Source of the DNA: Harriotta raleighana
Lineage: Eukaryota
Length of the DNA: 64,000 nt
Reading direction: 5' to 3'
NCBI GenBank assembly: GCA_050575255.1
Contig: JBNZDD010013714.1
Location: 7,660,412-7,724,411 of the forward strand
This document shows positions 13,995 through 26,474 of this stretch, piece by piece. The notes below the pieces were generated by a model, which worked only from the letters and a program-made list of their open reading frames with translations, ran no database searches and was not told the DNA's origin. A program made the translations under genes and the position numbers. How positions within the stretch are numbered: the stretch's first letter is position 1; each line of letters opens with the position of its first letter.

Positions 13995-14462
13995 GTGGCC
14001 TGGCTACACTTGTTGGCACTCTGGTCTTGGGAGTCAGAAGGTTGTGACTCCACGTAATGACTTTGTTCAAATCCTACATAAGGACTTTGAACTCACCTCG
14101 CGTAGACTAATACAGTGTACAGTGCAGGGAGCCCATTGCACCACTCGAGTAGCTGTCCTTCAAATGAGATGTTAAACTATACTTTGGATGAGATGTCCGC
14201 CTGTCTTGGTGGACATTAAAGATCCTATGGCATTGGTTAAGAAAGAGAAGGTAACAATTCCCGTTATCATGGCCAACAATGCCCAGATAACATTGTACAC
14301 TCACTTCACGACAGTTTGGGGGACGTTATACAGTATACACAAATTGGCAGCTGCATTGGCCTGCAAAATACAGATTCATGGCACATTACATTAAATCCTG
14401 TGAAGTGCTTTGAGATGGCTTCCTGAAGTGAAAGACTTTTATCAAAATGTAAGGATTATTAG
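13995..14462 (+). mobile_element. Near full-length SacSINE1-like DeuSINE, old
   Basis: Head GAGTCAGAAGGTTGTG, Deu-domain motifs ATGAGATGTTAAAC and GGTGGACATTAAAGATCCTATGGCA, then AAATTGGCAGCTG and tail TGTGAAGTGCTTTGAGATG...AATGTAAGGATTATT. Confidence 0.85.
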
Positions 14463-14600
14463 TATTGTTTTATTATTCCATATCACTATTACTCTGTCAC
14501 ACAGATATCTATTATTTGTGAGCGTTTTAAAAATGTTAAAGTTTTAAAATCACACCTTTTATGTTTTTACAGTCATGGAAACTCTAATGAAAGATTACTA

Positions 14601-14735
14601 ATCATAGAATCATAAAATACAGAATGGGAGAAAGCCATTAGACCTATTGAGCCTAATCTGGTGCTACTTTAACCCTGGATCTAACTACTCAAATCCACAC
14701 TTTTATATTCTTCATCTTCAAACATTTATCCAGTA
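14601..14735 (-). mobile_element. CR1 3' terminus fragment
   Basis: Reverse octamer tail ATCATAGAATCATA followed by GCCATTAGACCTATTGAG. Confidence 0.6.
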
Positions 14736-16594
14736 TAGAACTACTGAATTGTATTTTTTTCCCCCCATTTGCACTGACCCTGTTCATACCAATTCAGTTG
14801 TTGCATAGATCCTCATATTGTGCAGCTCCAATAATAATAATGATGATGAACTTACAAAAATAAAACTGTAAGTTTATCACTTCCATTAGTACAAGATGAA
14901 AAGATAAAGCTATCGATTCGCAATACTGCTCATCTTCCATTGCAAAGCGTCAAATAACACGTCTAATGACTGAATGGTGATAAAAAATGATTGACGACAA
15001 TAGGCTGTTAGAGCCTTTTTACTTAGTTTTGATAAATGGTTCACTCAGCTTTTTTTCAATAATGATAGTATGCGTTAGACCACAAAAGCAGTGTAAGATC
15101 ACTTATTCTGTATAGCATGAGAGGTAGCCATTGAGCCCATTAATCAAATGGAAAACTGCAGCTGTCATTGAGGTGATATTGGTGAGATGATGTTCTGTCT
15201 CTTCTAGTTAAATAAATTCTACATTTTTTGAGGGTCATGTGAAAATCACTAAGGAGTGATTGATAAATAATTTTGTTCATTTTATTTTTTTGTGGAAAAG
15301 GTATAAGAGGCCAGGATTCTTGTGGATGATCTCCCCAGCAGAGGACACTGTACTCCAGCACAAACATTGCAAACTCCTCTGTATTGAGTATCGCAAATGA
15401 AATTATTTCTGAGACAATAACAGGAATAGTGTTCAGCCACTCCAGAGCTACATTACTCTAATGCAACATGTCCACACCCCACCAGGTTGCTGAATATTTG
15501 AATAACACCTAACTTCACAGAGCACCCACGAATGCTCTTGACTTACCCTGCAGCTATTTTACATTTTCTGAAACACCTTTCTGCATCTCCAGATATCTGA
15601 GCCGCCAAGGGGTTCAGAAGGTGTTTGAAAGCAACATAATGATGGTCAGACAGATGCTGTTGGATAGAACAGCTGCATCGAACTGTTTATGGATATTGTA
15701 CAATAAATATTCTGCTAAAAATGATATAGATAGAAGAGAATTAATAACAAGGACAAACAGTTCTAAATGATCATTGATGTACAATTATGCTCCAATTTAC
15801 AATTGTTTTATTCCTGTTTTAGATTGCCTCCTGCCCACTTCTCCCCATTGGAAACAGCTGGTGGTTGATCGGTTGCCATATGACTGTTTTATGCTGAGGA
15901 ATGTGCAAAACTATAATGACTCTGGTGACTGACATGACCTTTCTTTGGAGAAAATTAGGAATTCGCTGACGGAACGAGCCATGGGCACAAACCAGTGTCC
16001 ATTTGGTTGGTTTAACTCAACTCAATCTGCAGACTGGGTAGTTGAGGGTGTAACAACAATCAATTATACCTATCACTAGGTGAGGAATGTAAAATTGAGA
16101 AGAGTAAGAGACTGGACAATCTAAACAACATTGTCATAAACAGGAAGTTTAGTTGCAGGGTTATTAACGTTGATCAAATTGCACTGGTGGCTCAGAATAG
16201 CAACAGATGGCTTTAAACTGCACCCACATTATTGGACAATCAAAAGCTCATCACATTCTTGATCAGCTCTGTGCTTCGAACAAACAGGTTCATAATTTTT
16301 CTGTTTTACATCATAATCTTTAACTTTCTAGAAATTGTATTGTTCAAGCTTATGCAACTTATGCAACACTTATGCAACAAACTTAGTTTTAGTGGTCTTT
16401 GTAAATGTCCTGTAGCTTGCATTGCAATCCATCTGAAAGCTGCAAAGTTTTCCAATGTAAAGATAGATATAAAGACATTGCAGAAGAGAGCGGGGGAGTT
16501 TATTCATATTCCTCCCTATTGGTTTTCTCCATTAGTCTGCGTACAATGTGTCCTCAACTCACCCACAACTCAGAGGGCAATTAACAAAAGAAAT

Positions 16595-16747
16595 AGGTTA
16601 CCAAGAGAATGATTGAGCTAAGGATTCTGAATTCATTTGAAAAACTAGAGCTGCATGCTGTGATGGCAAGATGTTAGAGGAGGTATTTTGGAAGGATGAG
16701 ATCAAATGGTCTTCTGGATCCAAACATCTCTTGTGATCTATTGTTCC
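16595..16747 (+). mobile_element. Old CR1 3' end
   Basis: LPRE...FEKLEL-like residues, then a CR1-like 3'UTR ending CTTGTGATCTATTGTTC. Confidence 0.45.
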
Positions 16748-17074
16748 TAGAGTCTACCGGAAAACCTTTAAAAACTGAAATTGTTAACTCAAAGTTGGAA
16801 TCCAAAGCAGACAGGACATTTTTAAAAATTCATTTTCACATTGTTGGTATATCTCAAAACTGTCACATATATTCTGTGAATAATTTAATAACATTCTCTG
16901 ATCACTTACTGGGAATATGGAACATGTCCTTTGGAACTCTCTATAAACAGACTGAAAACTAATCCGGGGAAATTATTTTTATTCCATTTGAACAAAGGAA
17001 AAGGAATGCTTCCTTTACCAGAAAGCTTTTCTTCCTGCCTTAAGGTAACTGAGTATTTGTTGTGTTAGAAATTC

Positions 17075-17200
17075 TACATTTCTCCCACAAATATATAGTC
17101 CAATTCACTTTACACTATGTTCTGTGAAGTGCTTTGAGACATCTCAAAAACCTGATAAAGCGCTACATCAAATGCAAGGAATTATTATCATTATTATTAT
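17075..17200 (+). mobile_element. SINE2-1_CM-like 3' tail
   Basis: TCTGTGAAGTGCTTTGAGACATC...ATCAAATGCAAGGAATTATTATCATTATT. Confidence 0.85.
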
Positions 17201-17204
17201 TATA

Positions 17205-17435
17205 TACTTATCTACTTTCCTCTTGAAACCCATGATGGAATGTGCTTCTCTTGTCTTTCTGGGCAGTGCGTTCAATGCCAACAACTCTCAGGGTGAAATA
17301 AATTCTTCTAAGTTGTTATTTTGTTTTTCTTGTGACTACTGTATTTTACATTTCTGCCTTAAAATCATTGATACCTTACCAGTGGAAAAACTTCTCTCTT
17401 TCTATCCTGTCAAAACCCCTCAGAATTTTGTACAT
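17205..17435 (-). mobile_element. CR1 ORF2 3' fragment
   Basis: Minus strand gives YKILRGFDRIEREKFFHW and NALPRK-like residues of the CR1 RT C-terminus. Confidence 0.65.
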
Positions 17436-18115
17436 TTGTAGTCCATCTGTTCAAAAGAGAGCATGGATAGATTACTGTAACTTTTTGTTAAATAACTTAC
17501 TGTTACCATCCTTTGTAATGTAAGGGAAATTGAAACAGCTGGTATAATAATTAATATTCCTCAGAGCTGAGCGCTAAAAGAAATGTTTAGATATGCAAAA
17601 CAACTTCTGGCAGAAATCCAGCAGTTTGCTCAAGTTCTGCTGCACATTTGATTAATGTGTATGCTGCAATTATTACTTTGATTTGTGATATGTAGTCAGA
17701 GAGTGTTCAATGTGGGGGATGGGACAACATTGCGAGTTGCAACCTCGCAAAATTCCACTGGAGATGGGTTAACACGTAAATTGTTGCCTTAGGAGGCCCT
17801 GCAGTGAGTATGAATCCATTAACAGAACAATTAAAGTGACTAAACGTAGTGCCAGTTTTTGAGAGCCTGGAGCCTAAAATCACGCAAAACTAATGGGCTG
17901 TCGGTAGCGGAGAATGGATTATCTTGCAGCAGAGCAGGGCACAGCTTCCGTCAATTCATCCTTGCTAAAATCATTTCTTCAAAGAGCACTCAGCCACAGT
18001 GGGAGTTTACATTCACCATAGGTTGACAAAGACAAATCGCAGGTTTTAAAACAGGAAGCTGATTTAGTAAGATTTGCTGTGATCCGCTGCTGTCTGTGCA
18101 GCAGAGTGTTTGTAC

Positions 18116-18138
18116 CTCTCTCTCTCTCTCTCTCCCCC
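18116..18138. repeat. (CT)n microsatellite / pyrimidine tract
   Basis: CTCTCTCTCTCTCTCTCTCCCCC seen directly. Confidence 0.9.
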
Positions 18139-19689
18139 TAGGTAAACATCGGTCGACACTGAGACATGTTGGCAGTGTGACATCTAGGGGCAGAAATGAA
18201 TTGAACATTTGTATCTTTGGTTAACAACCCATCAGTTTCACTGTGTCCTGAGTTGGAGGTCCATGTGGTTAACATTCTTGCAATGGCTAATTTTAACTCA
18301 ACTCCCCCACTGTACTGTACCCCATTATCAACGCTTTTACCTGGATGCTTTCCTTCAACTCGTGCATTTTGCTCTGGATTCCCACATGAGCCACATTGTC
18401 TAAGATGACACTGTCCACTGCACATTGGTTATTGCCTTGTTTGTAGAATTTCGAGATGGTTGTCATGTGGCATCACAAAACATCACATTGCTCCCCCTCT
18501 CCATTACCATATGTATTATTACTCCAAGGGCCTCTTTGGCAAATCAGCTTGTGCTATGCAAACATTAAGCCATTTTCTCCATAGAATTCAGACCCCAAAT
18601 CATACTCAGAAACTTTCCATTTCTCAATTGGCTTGGTAGCTAGATTAGGAACATGAAGTGCACGTTATTTCAAGCACATTGCCGCTGATAGCTACAATTC
18701 TGTTAATGCTAACCAAGTCCGAGTTCTCCCAGAAGGCATTTAGGAATACTGGTCGCTCAAGCAATTTAACCTGTGATCCTTCAGAAATATCATCAAACAG
18801 ACTTTTCCTCCTGTTGTTAAACAGCAGCAGAAATGGCAGCTGATATTCTTTGCACACTCTGCACTGGGGAACTGGGAAAGTCCCCTGACTTTGCTCACGT
18901 TCAAGACATCGGACGAGAAAACAAGGACTCGTACAATAGCAGCAGGTCATTTAAACTCAAGTGATCACTGTGGATTTGTATTAACGTGATACAGAGGTAG
19001 GCAAAAAAAAAAAATTGTTATTCAGGACAGTATTTCTATGTGTTTTGCTTGATTGGTTTTAGATTAGCCATTTAATGAAAACAGAATATGTTTGGAGAGC
19101 TAGGATGCTGCTGTCAGTTTATCAAAGCTGCTGCAGCAGTAAAATGAAAATCTGTGTGTGGGCTTCTGCTTTAATGGGAAATTTGTGGCTGCAGGCAGCT
19201 GCTGATAGTAAACCCTCTTAGAATGATAACAGTACAATTATGCATTATTTTTTCGCCAATGGTCTTTTATTAACAGTTCGGAAATGACTTAAGACAGAAA
19301 TATGGAAACAGAGGGAAAAAAATTAAACATGAACAAAAAAGGTCTCCGGAATCTGAGGAGAATTGCAGATGGGGAAATATTTAGAACAAAAAGGCCATTT
19401 ACACAAAAAAAAAGCATGAATTGCAGTGAGACAGAAAGTCAACATCTTCTCAGTTTCATTTACTTAATATCTCAATACAGTATTTAATAATCATTGCTTT
19501 ACAAAGGTGACAATGGGGATTATTTAGATTATTCACCTGTTAGGATTCCAATTGCTGAATTCACATCAAATCCAGAATTTCTCAGAGCTGCAATAAAAAG
19601 ATAAACCTTAGCAACACATGAGGTTTATTTATTGTCATCAGAATAATTTATCTTGCTCGAATGATCCGAAAATGCCTATTATATAAATA

Positions 19690-19960
19690 GCTTCAGTATA
19701 GCAACTTATCATTGGCATCACATGTCTCACTTCAGAGGATTTACTGCAGCATGTAGTGACTTTGCCATTTTGTAGATGAACATTTTGTAAGTGAATGCGA
19801 CAGTCAGTTGGTGTATGGCAATGTCGCCAAAATAGCCATAAAATGGATGACCAATTTATTGAGGGTTATTAGCAAGGACACTGGGACATACTCCTTTCAC
19901 TTTTCAAATCATGTCACTGGATCTTTAACATCTACCTAATCAGACAAGCAGACAGAACTT
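19690..19960 (-). mobile_element. DeuSINE (SacSINE1-like), degraded
   Basis: ATGACCAATTTATTGAGGG..AAGGACACTGGGA...GGATCTTTAACATCTACCT is the reverse Deu domain. Confidence 0.65.
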
Positions 19961-21619
19961 CACAAATACGGATATTTTACCTGTGAGGTTAAATTATATT
20001 CAACTGAATTAAGCAATAGAGGCAATAGAGGCATTGGGCCCATCATATCTATGGTAAAATGTTTGATATAATTTCATTGAAACACACTGACTGTAATTGA
20101 TAAAAGAGCTTTACAAAAGGAACATGAGATGTCTTTCATCTTATCAAGTCTACAACAACAAACAAAAACAACAAAAAATACATTTTACAGTGCCTTTCAC
20201 GTTAGGGCTATGTCTATAGGTTAAGTTCAAAATTCCCCCATCATCAATGTTACTCCACTTGCTTAATCCATGGTGAAATGTTCTGTAAAAGAGAAACAAA
20301 TAAGATGCCCACAATACCAGTTACAGTTGCATTGCTCATATTTAGCAAATTGCTCTCCATGGTGATAACTTTGCAGGAATTAATATAATCTTTGGGACAT
20401 TTGATGATTGCAGTCTATATTTATCCCTGTAACATTCAAAACCATTCCTCAATAGTTACTTGTCCAGCTCTTCTCTACAGATGGATATTGACATGGTATT
20501 AACTGCTTCACCTTTCAGACTGTTCCACCTATCGAATGCTTTATGAAGGGGAAACATTCCAATCTCTACACCTGTTTGAAGCTTGTTAATTTTGTGCAAT
20601 GTTTGTGATCATTAGCTCTAAAACTGCACTCACTGCCGTATTGAAGATGCTTTAGTCACTTTTAAGGAAACTTTAGAACAAAACATTTCACCTTAAAGGA
20701 TTCTAAAACTTGATACAGCTGAATATTGGACTTTTGCCATTTAGTTCTGTAAGTGTCCATTTATTATTGGGTCCAACATTATAGGCACTTAAAATCTAAA
20801 AAGGAAATATATTTGAGAGTACTAAAGCTTTGACTAACATATATAGACTGATTAAATAGCTTGGCTCCATTTCTGATGCACATTTGAAATCACTGTAATC
20901 ATGGCATCCTTGAAGTTATAAAGTGATGAATATATTCATGAAGTAAACTTTGAATAATTGCACCAATCCAAGGGCCACCGTACAGTAAGTAATTTACCAG
21001 AAAACTAACATGAAATTTTCATGACAAATCACTCAAACTTGACTTCACAGACTGACACATCTTCTTTGCTGCACCCTACTCCAGACAGGGAGTAGTTAAA
21101 AAGGCATTAATTGTTTATTTCAGTGTTACAATAAAATAAGCCCTTTATAATAATAATGTTGCTTCATGCTAACTTTGTACCTATTAGGATGAGTAAAGGT
21201 AACTAGTCTTAGATTTCTGACAGCAAGTATTTGTAGGAACCTAGCGTTAGGGTTTGTAGGATTCATGATTGTTAGTGATGAGAAAACATATTCCCTGAGG
21301 TGTGTTGCTGATCAGTGATGTAGGGTATTAAAACATTCTTCTTTAGATATGTGTAGATATTTACGATTCCCCAAAGTAGCAGGTTTAACAATGTCTAAGT
21401 TCCATACTTCTTGTGTGAAGTGATCTATCCAATGCAAGCATACAAATTCATTACTCTGTTTCTGATTCTTGTTATCAGTATCAACCCTGAACATTCACAG
21501 AGGTGAGTGTAAAATGCACTATTATCAATGGTTTCACATGCACATTACCTTTTGTAACATGAGAGAAATGTTGACATAATTGCTGGGTGCCTCAAAACAT
21601 GTTACTTAAAACATTAATT

Positions 21620-21910
21620 TCACACCACTTTGGCTTGGAATCAAATGTTGCTAAGCCAGCGCTGGGAACCCTTTCCTCAAAAGAAGGTTAAAACATTTCA
21701 AGAGGAATCAGAGGAAAGAGCAGAGTATGATTCCAAGAGCTTTAAGTTTAGTGGAGAGGTTCACAGAACTGAGAAAAACGATGGAAGGAGTGATGATACA
21801 GGTATTTAAAATGACGAGAGGCAGGAATGATGTAAAAGTAAGCAAACTATCAGACTACGTGTCAGAACTGAAGGTCAAATGTTTGAAAATAAAGACTCAA
21901 AAGGCACCAG
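21620..21910 (+). mobile_element. Very old CR1 RT fragment
   Basis: ORF 21727 reads MIPRAL..VERFTEL..MEGVMIQVFKM, resembling CR1 'MIP.L..Y.ERL..L...RGDMIEVFKI'. Confidence 0.5.
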
Positions 21911-23092
21911 AGATTACACAAAATTCATGCTCCAACCTCAATAATTTAAAATAACATCTCATCCTTCCACAGATCCTTTGATTCCCCAGTGTTCCTCCCA
22001 TACCGGCTCCAAGCTCTCAGAAATGAATTTGATGTAACTATCCTCTTTTATTCTGGTTGATTATATGTTAGCAAACGTAATCTACACTGGTGCTCATAAG
22101 AACAATTCAGCTCATACCTCAATGTCCTTTTCATCCAGATTGCTCAAGATGACACAAGATCATAACATTGGTTTGGATAAAGAAGGCTCCTCTGATCTCA
22201 CCCTTCCTGAACATCCACCCTACCATTCCCCTATCAAAGCATCAAACTGCTATTAAATGAATCCAATGTTCGTATCTCAACATTTATGGCAGCCTGTTAA
22301 CCCTCTCAGCAAAGAAAAACTTTGCGGTATCTGTCCTGAAATTCTTACATTACCAGGAGGTTTAAGTTTTGTTCAGATACATATGTTGGGGAAAAAAACC
22401 AAAAGGAATATTAAAGTGGATGAGGAATGAGCAGGAGAACGATTATGATATTAATCTGGAGAGAATATCACTACACCCTTGATTGGGCAAATGGACAGTT
22501 CTTGTCCTGTTAGATTTTAAGACCGTTACCATTTAGTACATCAGTGTCCAGTATTATGATTATTCAGTAACTGAATGTTAAGTAGAACATTCAAATATAT
22601 TTTGTAAGTGTGTATCAAGATTTTTTTCTGACCACCGGTCAACCTAAGCAAATTAAAGTCAGAACAGCAAGAAGAGCAATTCACCTTTTCATAGTCTCTC
22701 TCCAAAGGCAATTCTTGTCTTGAGTGACTAAATGAATCCACTCAAACCCTTTTCAGTACAGCAATAACCTAATCCAATAAACTGAATCAAGAGCATTTCA
22801 CGAGCCTAACAACTTTTAAATAATCTTTTTACTGTATCAAGTTGTTTTTCAATGTAGTGTGTGGTTCAGCAAAGTTGGAACAATATCCAAAATAATGGAA
22901 AGAAACTTCAGTATTTCAAAATAGTATCATTGGCCTTCTTGTCAGCTCTTTGATATGAAGTTCCAGAGCAATGATACATTTACTCATGCAATTATCAGGC
23001 TGTCTATCAGTCAGAAAGTTAATGATGTAAAATTTCTCATTACAACAAGAAATACACTTCAGCAAACCTATATCTGCTCCAGAGTAATTAGG

Positions 23093-23454
23093 ATAATAAT
23101 AATAATTCTTACATTTGATTAAGCGCCTAATCATGTCTTTGAAACATCCCAAAGTGTTTCACTCTAAAGTGAATTGACTGTATATATTTTGGGGGCAAAA
23201 TGCAGCAGCCAGTTGCGCAGAGCAGTATCCCACAAAACAGTCATGGATTGAAGTGACCAATATATTATTATGATTTTCAAAATATTATGATTGTTTTTAA
23301 ACCCTGGAAAAATGATCCACAAATTGCCTAGCAACCAGGTTCCTACTTTCTGCTGGGTAAGGAAACTTTACCTAAATTTTACCCTGCTGGAAATCGAACC
23401 CCAGTCTCTTGCTTGCGATGCAGGTGCTCTAACCATTGAGCTACAGGATTTCAC
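23093..23454 (-). mobile_element. Full-length SINE2-1_CM-like element, long variant
   Basis: Reverse tRNA head (GTAGCTCAATGG...GGTTCGATTTCC) at 23385-23454, extra segment TTACCCAGCAGAAAGTAGGAACC, Deu core and (ATT)n tail. Confidence 0.9.
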
Positions 23455-24727
23455 TTTGATATAAGTTCCACTTAGATGGTCTGCTTCTTCTTGCTTTATC
23501 AAAATACTGTACACAGTCAAAAATGTAAATCCTGAGACAAGCATTATTCTTAGTATTACTGTATTAATAAATCTGACAATTAGTAGGCAGAGGAAAGGTT
23601 TCAAAAATGGGCAGCCAGGATTATCCCACATTTGTTCTTGTTAGAGCTAATATAGGAATATTCAACAAGGTTATTAATAAATATTGGACCACTGGCATGG
23701 TGGAAAATTATTATTATTGTTAAAGTATCCAGTTAGCTACTCCAGTACTCCTTAAATAAGCCCTTATCATTCGAATATGTCTAGCTTCAGAAATTTCCCA
23801 CGGCTTAAATCAATGACATTACTAACAACATAAATTTGTACTTGACTGGAATAGCATTTTGGCATATTGACCAGGAACGGTGTTGAAGACTTCACAAAAT
23901 TAAATGAGATTGAAGTTCATCCGGTTTCTCTTTTTCTTGATTTATGCCAAAGTGGAAAAATTCAGTGTGCAATGTACTAGTGATAAATGGCTTTTGGAGT
24001 CATCCAGACCCCTCTCAGACACCATAATTTCTCGCCGATAGGTGGGATTGGTGTTTGTGTTGTAACATCGTTGCTCACACTCATTATTTTTATAAATCTG
24101 ACACCATAAAAAGATTGCAAAGCATGTGGCCATCATATGATATGTAAGGGATCCCTGGTTCCTTGTATTCAGGTGTTCTATAAGAGGTTGTTTTGTGAGT
24201 TTCTGAAATGCTTTGTAGTTTCAGAAGAAAGTTAATGAAATATGAATCTGTTACCTATCTATGTGGCTTTGCACAGGGGGAATGTAACATCTGCCACTAG
24301 CTCATCTATCACCGTCATAGAACACCAAGATGGTTTAAACCTGCAGATCTTGTTATCTTCTGTGTTGATGACACGGCGGTATTGGAAATAATGGTTCAAG
24401 AACAATGCTGAACAATAAATAAAAATGTTGATAATGGGTGATATAAATAGATATTGACAGTACAACAAGATGATAGAGTCTAACTTGAACTTTATTACCA
24501 GCAGGAGGCATGCTGGTATTGGAAACCATCAGGTCAGCTTTGAAGCTCATTGCTTTTAGATATCAAATGTATTTTATTGGCTTCTTTATGTGTGGAGAGG
24601 GGATCGAGTGGCACCAAAAGCCATTTTTTAAAGTTTGTGTGCTGCAGTAAGGGGAACCAGTAAAGTGGATCTTACTGAATTGAGCTAGATGGTTGGCATT
24701 AATCATGCTATCATTGATATACATATA

Positions 24728-25060
24728 CAGTAAAACCTTGATAATCCGGCACAGTTGAGCACACTCACACCCGGATTTGGGAGTTTGTCAGAATTTAGAA
24801 ACCGACCTAGAAATGGCTGGGGAAGCCTTGCCCCATACATCACGTGTGCTGTAAACACAGCACTGAAGCCAAACAATGCCCGAGCTCCAGCCCAATGCCT
24901 GGTGACAGACCTGCCGCACCGTGAACTACAAGCAGCTGTTCCAAACTTCGGGAGATTTACCCGACATTGGAAAAAAATCAAATGCCGTTTGTTTTTTTGA
25001 ATCTTGTCGGTTTTAGGGAGTTGATGGCTTTCGGAATGTCGGATTATCGAGGTTTTACTG
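24728..25060. mobile_element. Tc1/mariner pogo-Tigger-type MITE, 333 bp, non-autonomous
   Basis: 24-bp TIRs: CAGTAAAACCTTGATAATCCGGCA (24728-24751) versus reverse complement CAGTAAAACCTCGATAATCCGACA (25037-25060), 2 mismatches. TA flanks the left end and TC the right. Interior is CpG-rich with no transposase. Confidence 0.9.
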
Positions 25061-25669
25061 TCGTATCAATCAGATATAGTCAGATCAGTGATACATCTCC
25101 AGAACCTCACAATATAGTTAGCGCCATATTTCAGTTTCGAACTTCTGTGCTTGATATGTTAATAATTTTCTTATTACTTTGAAAAGGCACAGTTGTCCTT
25201 CTGAAGAAAAATAACACAAGTCAAATGCAGTTTCCAACTTTATACTTATGCCGTCAGTGATTGATCCCATTTTAGATCCAACATTTATGTGATCCATAAT
25301 GAAAACAATAACTCATGTTTACTGAGATTTTAGAGGCCTGTAAATGGCTTTTATACTGATTAAAACCTGAAGTTATAAGCAGATTCCTTTGATCAAAGCA
25401 CAGGAGCAGTTTATTGACTTACACTATCGCTAAATGGGAAAAAAAATGTCACAATTACACTCCATTTTAGTATACGTTAGTAATATAAATTTTAAAATAA
25501 TTATGAAATTATCATTTTCTTCAGAGGCAGTACAGTAGTTTTCTGCCATACAATACTCAAAATAATATTCAACATGTTTAGAAAAATACTGTCTACAGGC
25601 TTAAAAAAAAAGGTAACATTTACCTTCAGAACACTTAAATATTTAATATTAATGCGCCATACAGTCTTT

Positions 25670-25782
25670 TGTCTGCCTAAAAATACACAATCACTATACA
25701 CTGTAAAACCTTATGATGTGCATCAAAACATCTCAATGACACAATAAGGTGCTTTATCAAATGCAAGAATTATTATAATCAT
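25670..25782 (+). mobile_element. SINE 3' tail
   Basis: ...ATAAGGTGCTTTATCAAATGCAAGAATTATTAT. Confidence 0.7.
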
Positions 25783-25784
25783 AA

Positions 25785-26120
25785 TTCAAAAAATTTACAC
25801 TTCTACAGCGCCTTTCATATCAGGAGGACGTCCCAAGGTACTGATAGTCAATGTTTCAGATCCAATTTGGGGTGGGAATGGGGAGGGTGGAGGGAAAGAA
25901 GGGGATTTGGGGTGACCGACGGGACGTCGAAAAGGAGGGTCTTGATGCGGGACTTGAAGAGGCTAGGGAGGGAGCGAGGCAGAGGTACTGCGGGCTGGAA
26001 TTTTAGAGGTTAGGGGCAGAATGGATGAAGGTTCACTCATCGATGGTGCGGTGGGTAGGTCCGGAGACATGGAGCAATCTGGACTCTGCTGAGCGGAGTG
26101 GGCGGGTGCATATAGCAATG
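25785..26120 (-). mobile_element. L2 LINE 3' end
   Basis: AGCGCCTTTCATATCAGGAGGACGTCCCAAGG followed by a G-rich stretch that is the reverse of the 6870-7326 element. Confidence 0.85.
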
Positions 26121-26474
26121 TCTTTGGGAACCATATGAAATGCAAAGTAACTTTTGGGGATATACGTCATGTAAAGTGATATTGTGTATTTTCATCTATC
26201 TGGCGAACATCCTTTCAAGAATAAAGTAGCACTTGTTTCCCCAAATAAATACAAAATCACAAGAATAGATGAGGAAGAATGATATTCAGAATACTCTAAC
26301 AGTCTCTGTTAATATCCCAACTCGTCATGTTTTATTTTGTCTTGTTTTACATTGTATTCATGATAATGGGCTACAGTGTCTTTATCTTTGAGACTGGGTG
26401 CAACAAAAAAAAGTCCTGGTAACTCGCCATTCCACGAGAAAGTGTCTTAGTGGCAAGTTATCAGGTGTGGCGAG

